A stretch of 64,000 nt of DNA from Phoronis australis (lineage: Eukaryota > Animalia > Phoronida): the NCBI GenBank assembly GCA_002633005.1, contig NMRA01000427.1, positions 186,001 to 250,000 on the forward strand, in the 5' to 3' direction. Position numbers and translations under genes: made by a program. Positions 10,661 through 25,459 of the stretch are shown here, piece after piece. The notes below the pieces were generated by a model. It searched no databases, had not been told where the DNA came from, and saw only the letters and a list, made by a program, of their open reading frames with translations. Positions within the stretch are counted from its first letter, which is position 1; each line of letters starts with the position of its first letter.

Positions 10661-13600
10661 TCATTGTTTGGTTACTACCCTTTCATGAAACGTTGTTTTG
10701 AAATTTTTTTAAAAGGTAGCAACCGTTAAATATTTCGGTAAATCGGGGGGACTAATCTTATTTTTAGGGCAGCCAACTAATCGATTTGAAGTTATTGACA
10801 TCAATCGTCAGATGTTTTAACTGGTATACTAGCCCCGGCCTGCGGTTTTCTTTGATACATATAGTTACGGGGAGTCGAGGTGCCGACGCACGTACTTGTC
10901 CAACTGTACATAACGTTTCAAGCTATCCCTATATTAGGCACAGCAAGTCCCCTCATTTACTACTTCCGTGCTTCATGTCCTTGTTTTTTTTAAAGGACTG
11001 CAGAACTAGAGCTCTGCAACAGCACCAGATTAGGACTGATTTTGTTAAAAAAAACATCAGGCCTCGAGACTCTAACACGAAACTAGTGTTTGTGAATTTC
11101 ATGTCAAAGTAACCCGTGTCGTTCATTGCTTACAGATGTAATATTCTGTTATCATTTTATCTTTATCATGGGCCCCTCATTGACTAATTACAGTTTGTAA
11201 TAATATAACTAAAATCTGAGCCAATAGTTCAACAAAAATAGACAAGGAGTTCGTCCTCAAATTAGAGCTTTTGTTATTTGGCAAAATCGGACGCAAGATG
11301 GCGCTCTGACGGGCGTTTTCCGAGCTACGTTAGATCTGCGATCCTTTGACAGACCTTGTTCACACTTGGTAAAAGTATGTGAACAGGTTCTTTACACTCC
11401 TTACGGACTTTTTAATACGTAGGTGTAATAGGCTGTTGATGTTCTAGGTTTCGTTGTCGACCTCACCCTTAATTTTTTTTCGATTTCGCCAAGTGTCGTG
11501 TCTAAGTGCACGCTACAGGGCGTTTTTTCAATCAGAGTTGAAATCAAACAAAATATGTGTATCATGATTAGCTCAAAGCTTACATTTATGTTTTTGGTTG
11601 ACATGGGGCGCAAGATGGCATACTAGCGGCCATTTTTTTTGTTTTGTGGAGCCATAGCTGCACTGTTTCTGGAGAGATTTTTATTTTATGTGGGTACAGC
11701 ATCTCATTCCAATGAATATTGTATGGGTGCCATTGGCTTTTCTCTCTCTTGGTCTTAACGTTCTCGACTTATTAGAGTCAAAACTAGAGCCAGCCTACTC
11801 CTGACACCCATGTCAACAAATGGGAACAAATAATGGAATCAGTTGACATTCCTTTATTTTTTACTTATCACTGACCCCTCTCTCGGGTTAGGCCCGTCGT
11901 GAAGGGAGTATAGAGACCCTGTTTGAGGGAAATTTCCCACTTCGTCCCTGATGAATTCAAAATTGACACCCTCTCTGTACCAATGGATAATTTTGGACAA
12001 GTAAATGCAAAGCCAGCGACTTGTGAATGGGACAATTTTCACCTGGCGCATACTGAAGTGGTACCTCAAACATTAAATTTCACTGGGCTGTGACTGTTAG
12101 TGTCCAGGTTGCTAGGAGAGGGGTCTATAACATCTTGAAATGTTGGCAAGGAATCGTAATTTGTTCGTGTGAGGGACAGGGCCTCACAATGGTGTTGCAA
12201 AACTTATGGACTAGTTGAATTTTTGGAGAATACTTTCTAATCAGAATGGGCGAAAAACTATGGCACTGCCTCGTTTTAAACTGACTCGAAGCCTTTTAAG
12301 TTTTTGAAAGTCAGGAGGAGCAAATAATCCTTGACAACTCGATGTGGGTTGACAAAATATGTGCTAAATGGCAACACGGCTAAATTGGAGATAAGCGATC
12401 GCAATGTTATCGTGAGAAATGACGCGCAAATGTCGTTTCAAGGTCGTGTAACATTTCGCCGACGTGAATCGGTCTAGGCAATTTTAGCCTACTCATAATT
12501 GGCAACTGTTCGCAACGCTCAAATACATGTACACCATGATTATGATTTTACGAAAAATCTTTCACTAATTTGCACATTATCTTAGCATGATGTTGCTATT
12601 CTGTAGCATAATTAGGACCAAGGAACACGAGTTTTGGAAAACGGCAAGGTGTTTTTTACTGAAACTTTCCAATTTTGATAATCTTTGGTCATTCTCAAAA
12701 AACACTTATAAAACTTTACAGCTGAGAGGCTAGCGTTTACGTTCCGTACGATTGAAGAATACGATTGCTGTTTTTATCAGCTTCTGCTTTGCGTAATTTG
12801 GCATAGAAATCAAATTAAATGAGCAATAAAAAACTCGTAATACCTTTTTGGGGAAATTGTGAAGTTTTCGTTCAAAAAAGGTTTCATTAAAAATTGATCA
12901 ATGGGTTATTTTGCAATGGATACACCTTTTTAAAAATGAAAATTTGATTTAAAACAGGTGTAAACGTAATGATATTAGTAATAATAGTAATAGTAATGGT
13001 GATAGTGAAGGTGATGGTGGTGATGGTGATGGAGATGGTATAATAATAATAGCACATAAATATAAAATAAAATTTTATAATCCTTGATATTTTCTTTCAG
13101 TAAACGCTTATTTTTACTTAGTTCGCTTCGTACATATAAGTTAGAATGGAAGTCACAAAATAAGGCATGAGATAACTTTAACTGACGTTTATTTAACAGT
13201 TCAGTTGTTATGAGAAGTGTTGAGCGATATGGTTGTTGTTCTTCTCAAGCGTGAACAGACTCACCCTAATATCAGGTTTAAATAACATAGTTGCACCCTT
13301 ATTACAAACAGGTTCTGGCGGTGTTGTTTGACACACCTTATTTTTTGCCTGTGCAGTTTAGATTGTTGATGGGCAGACAGTGAACCAGAACGGTCAACGG
13401 TCTCATTGGGCAGGCGGACATAAGATAAGTGTAAGCATTAATACTCATTTAAATGACTTAAAGTATCAAGTTTTAGGATTGTCAAAACAAGTCGTTGCGC
13501 TTATTCGTCAGGTATGTTGCTCTGTCGAAAAATGCCTTTGCTTGTTTCGATGTTACCTGGTGAAATAAAATTTATCCAAGTGTGTTGCTTCATAAGAAGT

Positions 13601-15777
13601 TTGTTTTTTGTAAGTCTTTTATGACGACTGCATAAATTGCTTTGAAGTTCTCATTGCAGTATCGAATAGATTTTACAAAGATTGTTTAACTCTATCGCTA
13701 CCTATTTGTCGCCAGTAAACATTCACGAATTCTTCACACGAACCGCAACAAGTCTTCAGCACCTTCCCATCTTTCGTCGGTCAAATGAGTGAACGACACG
13801 CACTTTAATTAATGTCGTAAATTCATTGTTTACAGCGTAAATTTAACTGACTCAAATATTTGTTGTGCAAATAAACTTTTAATGATGCGGCTTAATTATA
13901 CAACAACAAGCGTAATATATGCACGTAAGTTAATAAGTTATGGGCCCAAATTACGCACGTGAATAATTAGTCCACGGTGTTCAAAATAAATTAACCTCAA
14001 CCGAACTTCTAAATGTTCAGTGAAACGTAAACGACATGTGCTATCAAGTATTCACGCCTCCCGTCGCATCAGTCATCTGCCGTAAATTTTGTAATACGAC
14101 GGCTAATGTCACAAAACACTAACAGTAATGTAGAAGACGAAGGTCGAACTTGTGAGAATTCCAACATGACCAACCTTGAGTTTGAGCACGGTTGAGTGAT
14201 AGATTAAATAAAAATTTGTTTTAATGTTTGGTTGAGTTCTGTAAAATCACCACACTCACGAGGCACTCAATGAGAGAAACTGTATCTTCATTTCAGGCAT
14301 TTACGGGACGGAAACAAAGAAATCATTATTTGATAAAGGGGTGATATAAAGAAACCATTATCAGTTGACAAGGTTATAGGACTTCGTACTGGACAAGTAC
14401 TGTAGACTTCTCATTTGACTGATCTACTGATAATGTCTGGCCCCAACATTTTGACAAGAAGATGTGGTTTCGTGTTACGTGGACAACTAAACATACTATG
14501 TGTCCAAAGTTCTCCATGAGACATGTCCAAAGGTTCAAGAAATTGATTGACTAATGACCCCCCTCGTAGTGTAAAAAAGTAAAAATTGAGACAGTTTCCT
14601 ATTTCTGCAATGACTGAAAGTAAACATTGCGCCAGGTTTTAAACTCATTAATGTGTAAATAATTTGCCAGAGAGAAAACAATTGGAAAATTAAATTTGAA
14701 CGTCAAAAGTTCCAGCCGTGTGCAATTTCACAAACATTCATAATAATAACAATAAAATTGCAATAACAATGATAGTAAAAAATGATAATATTAATAACAT
14801 TAACAGTAAGTATAACAATAATGATAATATCAAGAAGCCAACAGCCCACAGTTGACAATGATATATACTTTAAACATGCGTTTACAGCCATTTAAGATTC
14901 AATATCGAGAATCACCGGTCACCGTCGCCCTTGGTCTATACATTGAAAGTGTTTTTTTTTAAGTGTTCAATGCTTTCCCGTTGTTGGTAAGTGGTGGGAA
15001 TCTTATTTCTTAAATCTACAGGACTGTTGCGTCAGCTAACGACATAAATTGTTTTTGAACGTGCACGTGCCTGTCACATAGCGTCTAAAAACATTTATTT
15101 CTGGAAATCTTTAAGTTTGCCAATTCGATAATCTTAAAAAATTATCTAGGTCTACACATCCATAACGGCCACACTCTCCCTTGCAATGATCGCCTTAATG
15201 CCAGTAGACAGTAACCATTTACAAAATGCTGTTTGAATATTTTGTCAGTAAGTAGTACCCTATATTTCTACTCCAAAGCACTAAAAGGGTGCTATCATTG
15301 TGTCAAACAATTTGAAGAGTATCAATATCTTTCTACTACGTCCTATTTGAGACAGAAAGGTTTCACCTAATTCATTGCTTTACTTGCCTGGTGTGTAAGT
15401 GTTCTACAGCACATTGTCCAACTTAACATACTAGAAAATACAATCTCTAAATACTTTAGTAACTATAAGTTTTCAGCTCGACATCTTTCTAATGCCATTT
15501 TTGTTCTTTCCAATTGCCCACCTTTCTTAACAACAACTATGGTTGAGGTCTGGGTGTTTACAGACATATTCGACTTGAAACAAATATGTTTTAGCACTTA
15601 AAACAATCATATATAACAATAGAGTCGCCAACTCGAGTAGCGTAGTCGGCAAATAGTAAGGGCGGGTTCAACTTGAATACAATTTGCCCTTTCAGTTTTC
15701 ATTTAAATAGCAAATTCATCAATATACAGAGACAACAATAAAAGGCATATCATACATATAAATTAGTACACTGCGAA

Positions 15778-15900
15778 GTCGTTATCCCCCGTAATCTAGC
15801 GCCCAAGTGGATTTTGGAGAATTATCTCCCGAGCGGCGTTACCCCCGAGGGCAATTATTCTCCAAAATCCACGAGGGATCTAGATAAGGGGGATAACGAC
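15778..15900. repeat. palindromic MITE-like hairpin
   Basis: Arms gtcgttatcccc..gtggattttggagaat / attctccaaaatccac..ggggataacgac. Confidence 0.65.
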
Positions 15901-17310
15901 TAAGAACATGTAATAATAATACGACATCACTGAACAATAAACATTGCAATTAATCTATCCCCTTTCTCGACACGCGTCGGCTTTGGGAAAATTACGTTCT
16001 GTTACAGGCTCGGGGTTGGAGGTCGTGACTTTTTAAGAAACGCCGAGTCATTCTTGTTAAAGTAATGTTTTTACTCACAACCAACTGGAAATTTAAACAA
16101 AATAAACATAAGGTGGATCGATAAAATATGGTTTAAGTAAATACTACACATCTTATCATGGTAAGCTTCCACCACTAGCGTCTGCTAAAGTACCTTACCA
16201 TTGGTTATAAATTAGTATAATGGCCAAATCAAAGATTCCCGACGACATGTCACCCACATTTTTAAACTGGAGATAGATGATTTTCAAGTAAGGAAAATGA
16301 CAAATAAGTTTTGCTGAGTATTGAAAATGTCGTTTTTATTGATATTGTGCGTCTTATTTTTCACAGCGTATCAATGTCATTAAGTATTCTATTTTCACGT
16401 TAAATGATGACACCTGCTGAATGGCGCAGCGGCTAAGTTGACTGCCACCAATCTTTTCAGCCATAACGAATACAGTGTGTTTGTCGCACGTTATTGCACT
16501 ATATTTTGTTCGGCGTTTTGCCAAAACGCTGAAGCAATTTCATGGTAAGATAATATACTTTTTAGAGTGAAATTTACTTTTCTTTCTATCAGTCATACCA
16601 CAAGTACAATGTAGGATGAAACGTCCATAACAAATAATACGCGTTTAAGAATTCCTCAGTCTCCAAATCCTTGCTATCTATGAAGGTGCAATTTAACACT
16701 GCCCTTAACCCTAACGATATACGGACCATCAATATTCCCACCCACCATTGTTATTTGATGCCGCTTTTCTCAAATTAATTTATTCGAATGGCAACAACAA
16801 GTTGATTTCGTCGCTCTGTTGCACATCTGTAAGACGGGGATTAACAAAGCATATTCGCTGTGTGAAACCAGTCTCTAATATTACTGAAATGAAATGATGT
16901 CGTATTCACAGTTCAACAACATTGTAACATTGTATTTCGAATGGAAGTACATTAAAAATTTTGATGATCTTCTGCTCACATATATGAAACATGTAAAGTC
17001 AAATCACGCAAGTCTATATTATCATTACGTTTGTCAACCACTGAAGATGTCGAAAGCTGGAACAAATGTAATCGTAACTGACAATAAAAAGAACCTTCGA
17101 CTTAAAAATCAACTTTTATTCATTCTAATGAGAATATTTGAAAATTGGACTTAATTGCTCATCGAAAATTTCCCTTTCCTTGCGGTTTTTTCATCACAAA
17201 ACTAACTACATGTAGCTGGTATTCACTTAATAAATACTGACACCACGGGAATCTCTTTATAATTTTTGGGATGAAGTCCCTCATTTAACTCGATTTAAAA
17301 AATCGTACAA

Positions 17311-17373
17311 CCTCGCTCCCTCCCTCGCTCCCTCCCTCGGTCCTTCGCTCCCTCCCTCCCTCCCACACTCTCC

Positions 17374-17414
<41 letters not shown>
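17311..17414. repeat. (CCCT)n/(CT)n microsatellite running into an 826-N assembly gap (17415-18240)
   Basis: Seen directly. Confidence 0.95.
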
Positions 17415-20400
17415 NNNNNNNNNNNNNNNNNNNNNNNNNNNNNNNNNNNNNNNNNNNNNNNNNNNNNNNNNNNNNNNNNNNNNNNNNNNNNNNNNNNNNN
17501 NNNNNNNNNNNNNNNNNNNNNNNNNNNNNNNNNNNNNNNNNNNNNNNNNNNNNNNNNNNNNNNNNNNNNNNNNNNNNNNNNNNNNNNNNNNNNNNNNNNN
17601 NNNNNNNNNNNNNNNNNNNNNNNNNNNNNNNNNNNNNNNNNNNNNNNNNNNNNNNNNNNNNNNNNNNNNNNNNNNNNNNNNNNNNNNNNNNNNNNNNNNN
17701 NNNNNNNNNNNNNNNNNNNNNNNNNNNNNNNNNNNNNNNNNNNNNNNNNNNNNNNNNNNNNNNNNNNNNNNNNNNNNNNNNNNNNNNNNNNNNNNNNNNN
17801 NNNNNNNNNNNNNNNNNNNNNNNNNNNNNNNNNNNNNNNNNNNNNNNNNNNNNNNNNNNNNNNNNNNNNNNNNNNNNNNNNNNNNNNNNNNNNNNNNNNN
17901 NNNNNNNNNNNNNNNNNNNNNNNNNNNNNNNNNNNNNNNNNNNNNNNNNNNNNNNNNNNNNNNNNNNNNNNNNNNNNNNNNNNNNNNNNNNNNNNNNNNN
18001 NNNNNNNNNNNNNNNNNNNNNNNNNNNNNNNNNNNNNNNNNNNNNNNNNNNNNNNNNNNNNNNNNNNNNNNNNNNNNNNNNNNNNNNNNNNNNNNNNNNN
18101 NNNNNNNNNNNNNNNNNNNNNNNNNNNNNNNNNNNNNNNNNNNNNNNNNNNNNNNNNNNNNNNNNNNNNNNNNNNNNNNNNNNNNNNNNNNNNNNNNNNN
18201 NNNNNNNNNNNNNNNNNNNNNNNNNNNNNNNNNNNNNNNNCCTCCCTCCCTCCTACTCTCCTGCACAGACCCTCGACGTTGGTTGGGGTCTGCTAAAGCG
18301 CACTTTTCCATATGCATTCTTGGAATATCATTGGCTGTTCCGATTTCAAGAAACAAGGCATTCTATTGGCCAGTTGAATAATAGGGCAAACTAGTTCACC
18401 AACATGGCGACTTCCAGCAAGGGAATGTCGGTGGATTTACAGCTGTTTAAATCTCTCTGTTCTCGTCAAACTCCCGCATTTCAAAGCTAACGAGTCAAGG
18501 AATACATCACCAGTAACGTATACGAAACATTTAATGATAATTATTATCCTGTATACTATGCTGTATTCTGAAGTGATGTGATTTTTAACGAAATAATTAG
18601 CTGATTAGCAGGCCATCCACAACAACAGTCATTTTAGGGCCAGGCACACTGTAGCACCGAATAGCGGGAAAGGAGTAGCTGAGTGCGTCGTGGCCACAGG
18701 ATTGCGTCGATCTTTTCAGAGCACACCCTCTCGTATGTTAACATGTTCATGTACGTTATGTAAGCTCCCGTGATTACCGTGAAGGTTGAATTGGGTCAGA
18801 TAAGGATACATGCTGAAATACTGCTATTCATGACATTGTCATTGTAATGACACACTTGTCACTACCCACAGAAGTTAGGAGCATACAAATACAGTCAATG
18901 GTCCTAAACACACAAACATTAACCAGTCTAGCAATAGTTTTATAATGATTGACATCGCTTTTTGGCGGTGCCATCCTACAGTCGTACAGAGTATTCAGTT
19001 ATTTCGGAGGGTGTTAGTTGCTGTGAAATTAGGATTAGACAAACTCTTTTGTATAGTCAGCAAGATAAAACCTCACCCTTAAATTTTGGTGAGAGCCTCA
19101 ATGGAAGAGTCAACTTTTCTGATAACATAATTATGCAAAGTTATTATTTGCAAGGAATTGAATTTCAGCAAAAGGCTCTTTGGGCTGCATTCTTTTTAAA
19201 ACAGCAAACCTCAGTTGCATCTGAAACCTTCCTTGGTTTTGGTGCTAAAATAGATTATTTTATTCAGTTTCAACCAAAAAGTAAATATTTTTGTGTGGAA
19301 TTTATTTGGAAATTCACCCTTTTATGGTGACTTGCAATGCCCGAGTCACTGGTCAGAGTATCACATTTGGTCATATGAAATCTATGCAAGTCTCCTCTCT
19401 CCTGGAACCCGACTCGTCGACTGTTACATTTTTTCTTTCCACGTTCACATGATGTCAAGTGTTGTAGAGTTTGCAACAATCATCTATTAATTTCAATCTA
19501 AATGCAAAACAAGATCTCAGAACCATTCTTAAACACTCTGAAATTACTAAGGTTTGCTGTAATCAAAGCATCCTGGAGTTAGACATCGTATGCAAGCGAA
19601 CTTTAAAAACCTGGTTCGTTAAAATGACTACTAGTTGCAAAAACATCTCACATTTCACAACTGGGAGCTCAGGGTACTTCAAAGATTTTAAGCTGGGTCA
19701 CTAAACCCAAATTGACGGTTTCTTATGCGTTACTTGGGTTGGATTGTTATCCAGGCAGTAGTCACTCACTGGCAATCCAAATTTTGAGAACAAGTTTTAA
19801 CGTGAAAAACAGGTTCCTGTCATACAGTAGAAAACACTGGTTCTCAAAGTGGGAGTGCCCTGTATGTTACTATTACCATTATGTTTTGCTCAGTGTTATG
19901 AGCAACATGCTAGTGTTTCATTCTTGTGGTTATGATCTACATAATACAGCAGTGATTTTAGTCAACATTTCGGTTTTTTCGACAAGTTTTTCAAAATTAC
20001 AAATTTGACTCTTACTGAGGGGGCCTCCTCGTGGCAAGAGTTGGGCAGTGTGAAATGCTTCAGAACTTTCGCACTGGCAAACGTCCTCACGTTGACATCA
20101 TTAATGTGTTCCTAGAAATAGTATACTCATAAGCTACAAAACACACAACATGCCAAGAAATTTATCTAACCATCGGGAACTTTATATTGTTGATGTATTG
20201 ATTACAAATATGGTTTAGTTTAGCGATAGAGTGAAGTACTAAGTCTGGGCATTAACATAGCTGTGGGCACACAACTGGGCTATCCCCTCCTCATTGCAAA
20301 CCCTTCCCCTGATAGAAACTCATTTCAGTTTTGTTCTTGCCTAGCTTCCCTGTCCCTGTCCCCTGTTCATGCAGTGCCTCCAAGTTGCCTCACATTACAG

Positions 20401-20949
20401 TCATTGGTTGCTAACCAACAATTTCAAGTTTAGCAACCTCTTGAATAATTCTGACTACACCAGTGTTGCTACATGGGAATAGGTTACTAAAGACCCGACT
20501 GCCATTCAAGTTGCACATTCACTGCCTTGTGAAAGCATAAACCATTATGAAATTAACACCTGGGAATTGGGTTTCAACTTTTTACTCAGAATTATTTTTG
20601 TTATTTTCTACACTAGTTTTGTTTGAATTCGAGATAAGTTTCTTTTATTCTATACTTGAGTACTTATTGATGGCAATTAATGATCCCTGCATTACAGCTA
20701 AACGTTTGAGTCTGAGTTCGAGGTTTTACTAGAAATCTTGAGTGTTTTCTCAAATTTTAGCTCGAATCTAGTGGTCATTTAGTACTATCTTGATCTCGCA
20801 AGGAAGTGGACTAGAAGTGACAAAAACAATTTCGAGTTCGATTTGGATTGAAAGTTTCACTCTAGAGGTATATTCCCAAAACATGATCGCATAATCCCTT
20901 TTCAGGGTTTTAAATCAATCCATACAAGACTGGTCTAGAATCTGTTTAG

Positions 20950-22250
20950 CCCAAAAAGCATTCAAGTGCTATGTGGAGAATAATAAAACATCTGTACTAA
21001 ACTGTGTTGAAAAAAGTGAACCCTTTCGACCTTCCTTATCCGCAAATTGTACCATTTTTCAAGCTCCTATTTACCCAAACTCTTTTTAGAGCCGTCATGT
21101 AACAATATAAGATTGGTCTGGTACAAACAATGTTGTTTGTGGCCAAATTAGTAGCAAAAATCGCAAGCACTCACATGAAGATTGGCATTGGATTTGGATA
21201 CTAGTGTCTGATGTCAATCTTTATGTGTGTGCTCGTGATTAGACTCTTGATCTTGTACTGTTCCTTACTGATATTACATGTGGTATATTGGCTTCGGTTG
21301 AACGAATAGTTTCTTATTGCTTAAGACCTGGTGCAATAACCATGGCTTTGAGCAATAACAAAGTTTGAATTCTTCCAAGTCCACTAAGGAACAAGTTGAG
21401 ACACGGATATATACGGGGCTTGGAATTTTCTTTTTTTGTTTTTATTTCCTTTTATTCGATTTCCGGCTTCTTTTTATCATCATTTTTTTGGCTTGATTCA
21501 CGCAAAAACATTTATTTCAGTTTAATTTTTTGCAACACAAAAATATTTCTATCACACAAGCCTATTTGTGAAATGATAGATCACTTAGAAAATTTTCCTC
21601 TTATAGTCATTCCAATTCCTGTATATAGTGGTAAGTTGTTCAGATCAAAATTTATTCTGTTTCACATAAGACGCATTTATAGCAACTTTAAGGGATTTAA
21701 ATCGAAGGAAATCTGGAAGCTAGAAAACACCATCTGATAAGCGCATTCTGAAATCAACAATTGTGCTTGTACTTTCCAAGATGTTCAACACACATTTTTA
21801 GGTATAGGGATAGCTAGGGTTCATTCCACCATCCTTGGGCTTTCCGAGTACCATCCTAAAACCATTCCAAGGGGGTACTTCCACAGGTTTAAACAAGACA
21901 CGACACTCAACTGGGTGATTTTTCTCAAACAATTTCTCTTCAAAATGGTGCTTGAAAAAATCCCTACCACAGCAAACTTGTTCCCATGAATACAACGGGT
22001 TTCACTCTGGAAGTTAAAAACACAGCAAATGGTACCTTTTTCCTACTGCAATAGGGGTTTTAATACGATACCTGTATTTTTAAAACCTTGGACACCAGAC
22101 TCATTTTTGACAACAGGAATCTCTGAGCCGACTTCTTCAAGCTTAATGGGTGAAAAAGACACAGCTATCCAAGAATTACTACGAAAGGATTCATTTGTTA
22201 ACATTAGCTCTTATAAAAAGATTGTGCTTTTGAAACATTAGCTACAATTT
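20950..22250 (-). mobile_element. heavily decayed L1/Tx1-like LINE ORF2 fragment
   Basis: Broken frames include LGKPKDGGM (resembling the L1/Tx1 PKxxGGL motif) and EEKLFEK; many stops; weak assignment. Confidence 0.3.
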
Positions 22251-23297
22251 TATTGAAGTCCAAACCTCGGACAACAAACGCAATGTTTTTTTAGCCACTG
22301 TCTAAATGGGTGGAGATTCTTCTAGTACTCGATTATTCACAAAACGAAAGGTTAGGGCCCATTTGAAACACCTCTCGGGTATTTTCGTAGCTACAAATTT
22401 ACCCTCGGAACATCTGAAGCACCTCAGATATTTTCCTATTTACATGTGCAATTTTTTCTTAGAAACACTTCAGGTATTTTCGTTGCCTCAAATATCTCTC
22501 TCGGAGATAAACGTTATCCAAAATATGGCAAGTCACGTGATTTTCAATCTTGACAACAATAGGCAAACTGAAGTCCACACACATGCAGAGAGCATTCACC
22601 TATTAGGTGAAATTTGAGGTTACGAAAACACACGAGGTGTTCTGGATGCCCTTGGAAGTTAATGTTTACAGTGCATGCTCGAACTTTATGGACAATCATT
22701 CTCCACTAAGTTTGATAATCACGCAGGTTAAATTCACCTCCAAAAATTCTCCCAGATTCTATTTGGCAGTTTGGGGGTGCAAATGTCTGACGGAAAAAAT
22801 ACTCTGCCCTTGCCCCTACCCCCTAACTCAAAATCCTGGATCATCCCCTGCTGTAAGATCTTACAGCAGGAGAGGATCCAGGATTTCGGGACGTTTTCAG
22901 TTCATAAAAAGCCATGATTCAAACAATGAAACTGAAAAAATGCCAAGTGAAAAGATTGAAGCCATTGTTAATCCAGGTTTGTTTTCGTAGTAAGGAATCG
23001 ATAATTACATGATTTTACTACAGTTTTTTGGTAATATCACAATATATAAACAGCTACCTCACCAGAGAATTCCCCCCGAACGCAAACTCGACCCAGTCTC
23101 AAAATAACTTTTACTCTCGCGACACCTACAGTGTAGCGACCTGATAACGTAGTACCGGATGTCAGCATGCGCAGAGCAAACTTCCTGGTTAAAAATTGCC
23201 AACTGACAACCAATGAAAACCATCGTTCTAGTGCGCTGTACCTGGGCCTTCACAAGCAATCCGTGACGTCAGCTTGTGAGGCCCGGGAACCAGGTTA

Positions 23298-23383
23298 CCC
23301 TCCCTCCCCCCTCCCTCTCCCTCCCTCNNNNNNNNNNNNNNNNNNNNNNNNNNNNNNNNNNNNNNNNNNNNNNTCCCTCCCAC
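23298..23383. repeat. C/T-rich microsatellite with a 46-N gap (23328-23373)
   Basis: Seen directly. Confidence 0.9.
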
Positions 23384-24465
23384 CCAAACTTCAAATACTG
23401 ATGTAACCTGTTAGCTGGTTTTCAGTCCTCTCTGTATGCCCTTAGACCGGCTTGAGTTGCAGGTAGCAAGCAAAATTCCAGAGTTTGACTGCGGTTAAAC
23501 CTACATAACAATTCGTCATGCTAGTCAAATTTCATTCCCGAAAACGCATCTAATTATATTTAATTGCTTACAAAATCACCAATGCCTTGCACTGTTGATT
23601 CGGTTTGATGGTGATCGGCACTCAATCTGCTTACGACCGTATGTTGCCTAGCGATCTTGTCTTCTGTGAAAGTGGTCTAATTAGCTGAATTTAATTTTGT
23701 CTTGCATAGCGACAACAATCTCACTAAAATGTTTTACTTTCATACAGTGTTCTTGACGATTTTACGCAAGGATTTTTCAGGTATTTTAAAGAGGTGGCTT
23801 GTTACTTCATCACCCAAAACAATGCATATACATTGAAGGGGTTAGGAAGGAAACTTACCTTCTCCTAGACATGCACTTGTTCATTGTCACAAACTTTTGT
23901 CACGTTGAGGCATCCTAGGCCTACCAGTGATGCATGTTGTATAGGAAGCAGCTTCGTGTGTCTGGTGGCATGCAAGCAATGATATTCACAATTAGGGTAA
24001 AACTTTGACAAGCGAAGAAAATTTCAAAATGTAGAGAGATGTGCAGAATATGGTAAGTCATTCGGTTCGACAATATCCAACTCCCTTTCATCACCCATCC
24101 TCCTCCGCGGTCAACGATTTTGAGCTGTATCCTTCCTTACACCCTGCACTTTGATATCACAAATGAGTGGCCATTTTGTATGGTGTTCTAATATGTGCTT
24201 TGTAGCTTACAGTGTGCATGTATGTAGCCTAAATGGTAGCCTGACATTGGACAAAAAGAACAGTTGTTGTTCCGCCAATTTACAGTAGACATTTCCATTA
24301 CTTCATAGCTAGCACTGAATTTTTTGACAGAACATTTCCGAAAAAAATAACAAAGTGTTTCTTAGTTTCTATGATTTCACATCGAAGGCATTTTCTATTC
24401 TCAGATACACAAATCTAGTTGATTCTAGATGCACATATGGAAACTTAGCTGACACCGGCTGAAAT

Positions 24466-24810
24466 CGGCAGTGTGTTAGGAAGACTGTCTGATCTGGAAG
24501 CCTCGTTTGCTGGTTGAGTGTTTAGGCTGCGAGGTACAGGGCATTTGCCTCAGCTCTGTCGTTGGTAGAGTGAAGGCCTGTAGCAATGGACATGCGCAGA
24601 GAGCCGCCGTCTGGGTATTTGATGAATACACCACCTCCTCCATTTCTGACAGCATTCTCAGCAGAGCCGTCTGTGCAAGCTCGGGTCCTGGTGGTGGTGG
24701 TGTAGTCTCTGTCCAGAGTTTCTAGTGTGAGAGCCTTCAGGACTGCCTCCAGTTGTGTATGCTTTGCTTCAATTTCAGGGATGTCGAGAATGATGGAAGG
24801 AATGTCCAGG
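24466..24810 (-). mobile_element. non-LTR retrotransposon RNase H fragment (Ingi/I/Nimb group), pseudogenised
   Basis: Minus frame reads LKALTLETLDRDY...CTDGSAENAVRNGGGGVFIKYPDGGSLRMSIATGLHSTNDRAEANALYLAA*...TVFLTHC, i.e. the TDGS / AE / FLTD motifs of LINE RNase H; not in the ORF track. Confidence 0.8.
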
Positions 24811-25459
24811 GACCAAGCATTTGTTCCAGGTTGCAGAAAACTGGATCAAAGACGTAATCGCTATCGACTGAGGCTTGGTCATGTTTTATGAAACAGGGCA
24901 GGAGCCTTGCCACGGAATTCCCCCTTAACCCATACACACTGGACTTGTTAATACTCAAGTTTTATACCTTTATTTGCTTGTTCTTGACATGAAATCACGA
25001 TCTGTTTAATTTTCTAGAAAAAAAAATAAAATAAAACCTTGACTGACTCTGACGTCTTTGGGAAATTTGGTAAGCCAGCGTGTGTTCAGGATGCATGGAT
25101 AATACATCAATGTCGATTATGAAATATTTTCCGGTGTAGGTAAACCACGTACGACACGCAGTTTCGCGCATATTGAAGTATACAAAAGAATTGAAACTTA
25201 ATATCTTCTATTAAATAGTGGTCAAATATTTGACAAAATCATTCATCTGGAAGAGTTCAGAAAAGTTCATGAATATGAATGAAATACAGCAAATTGTTAT
25301 GATGTCCACTCTGTCGTGATTTTATCGGGAAGCAAAATCCCTACCATGTAGTAGGCACGGTAGAAATGAGCAGCCTTCGCTTATTGACAGAAGTAGAAAC
25401 CAGGTGGCGCTGTGTGCTGCGTGCGACAGGTTTTCAACATGGCGCAACGCATCTATAGT

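Larger units (their letters stand above)
1750..13625. repeat. segmental duplication, copy A (gene, introns, both flanks)
   Basis: Alignable by eye to about 29000-51200, e.g. 1995-2080 vs 29200-29280, 4020-4170 vs 30770-30920, 10400-10680 vs 44630-44930; boundaries approximate. Confidence 0.85.

Noticed and set aside
17295-18356. 353-aa ORF
   Set aside because: Artefact: mostly N-gap plus CT microsatellite.
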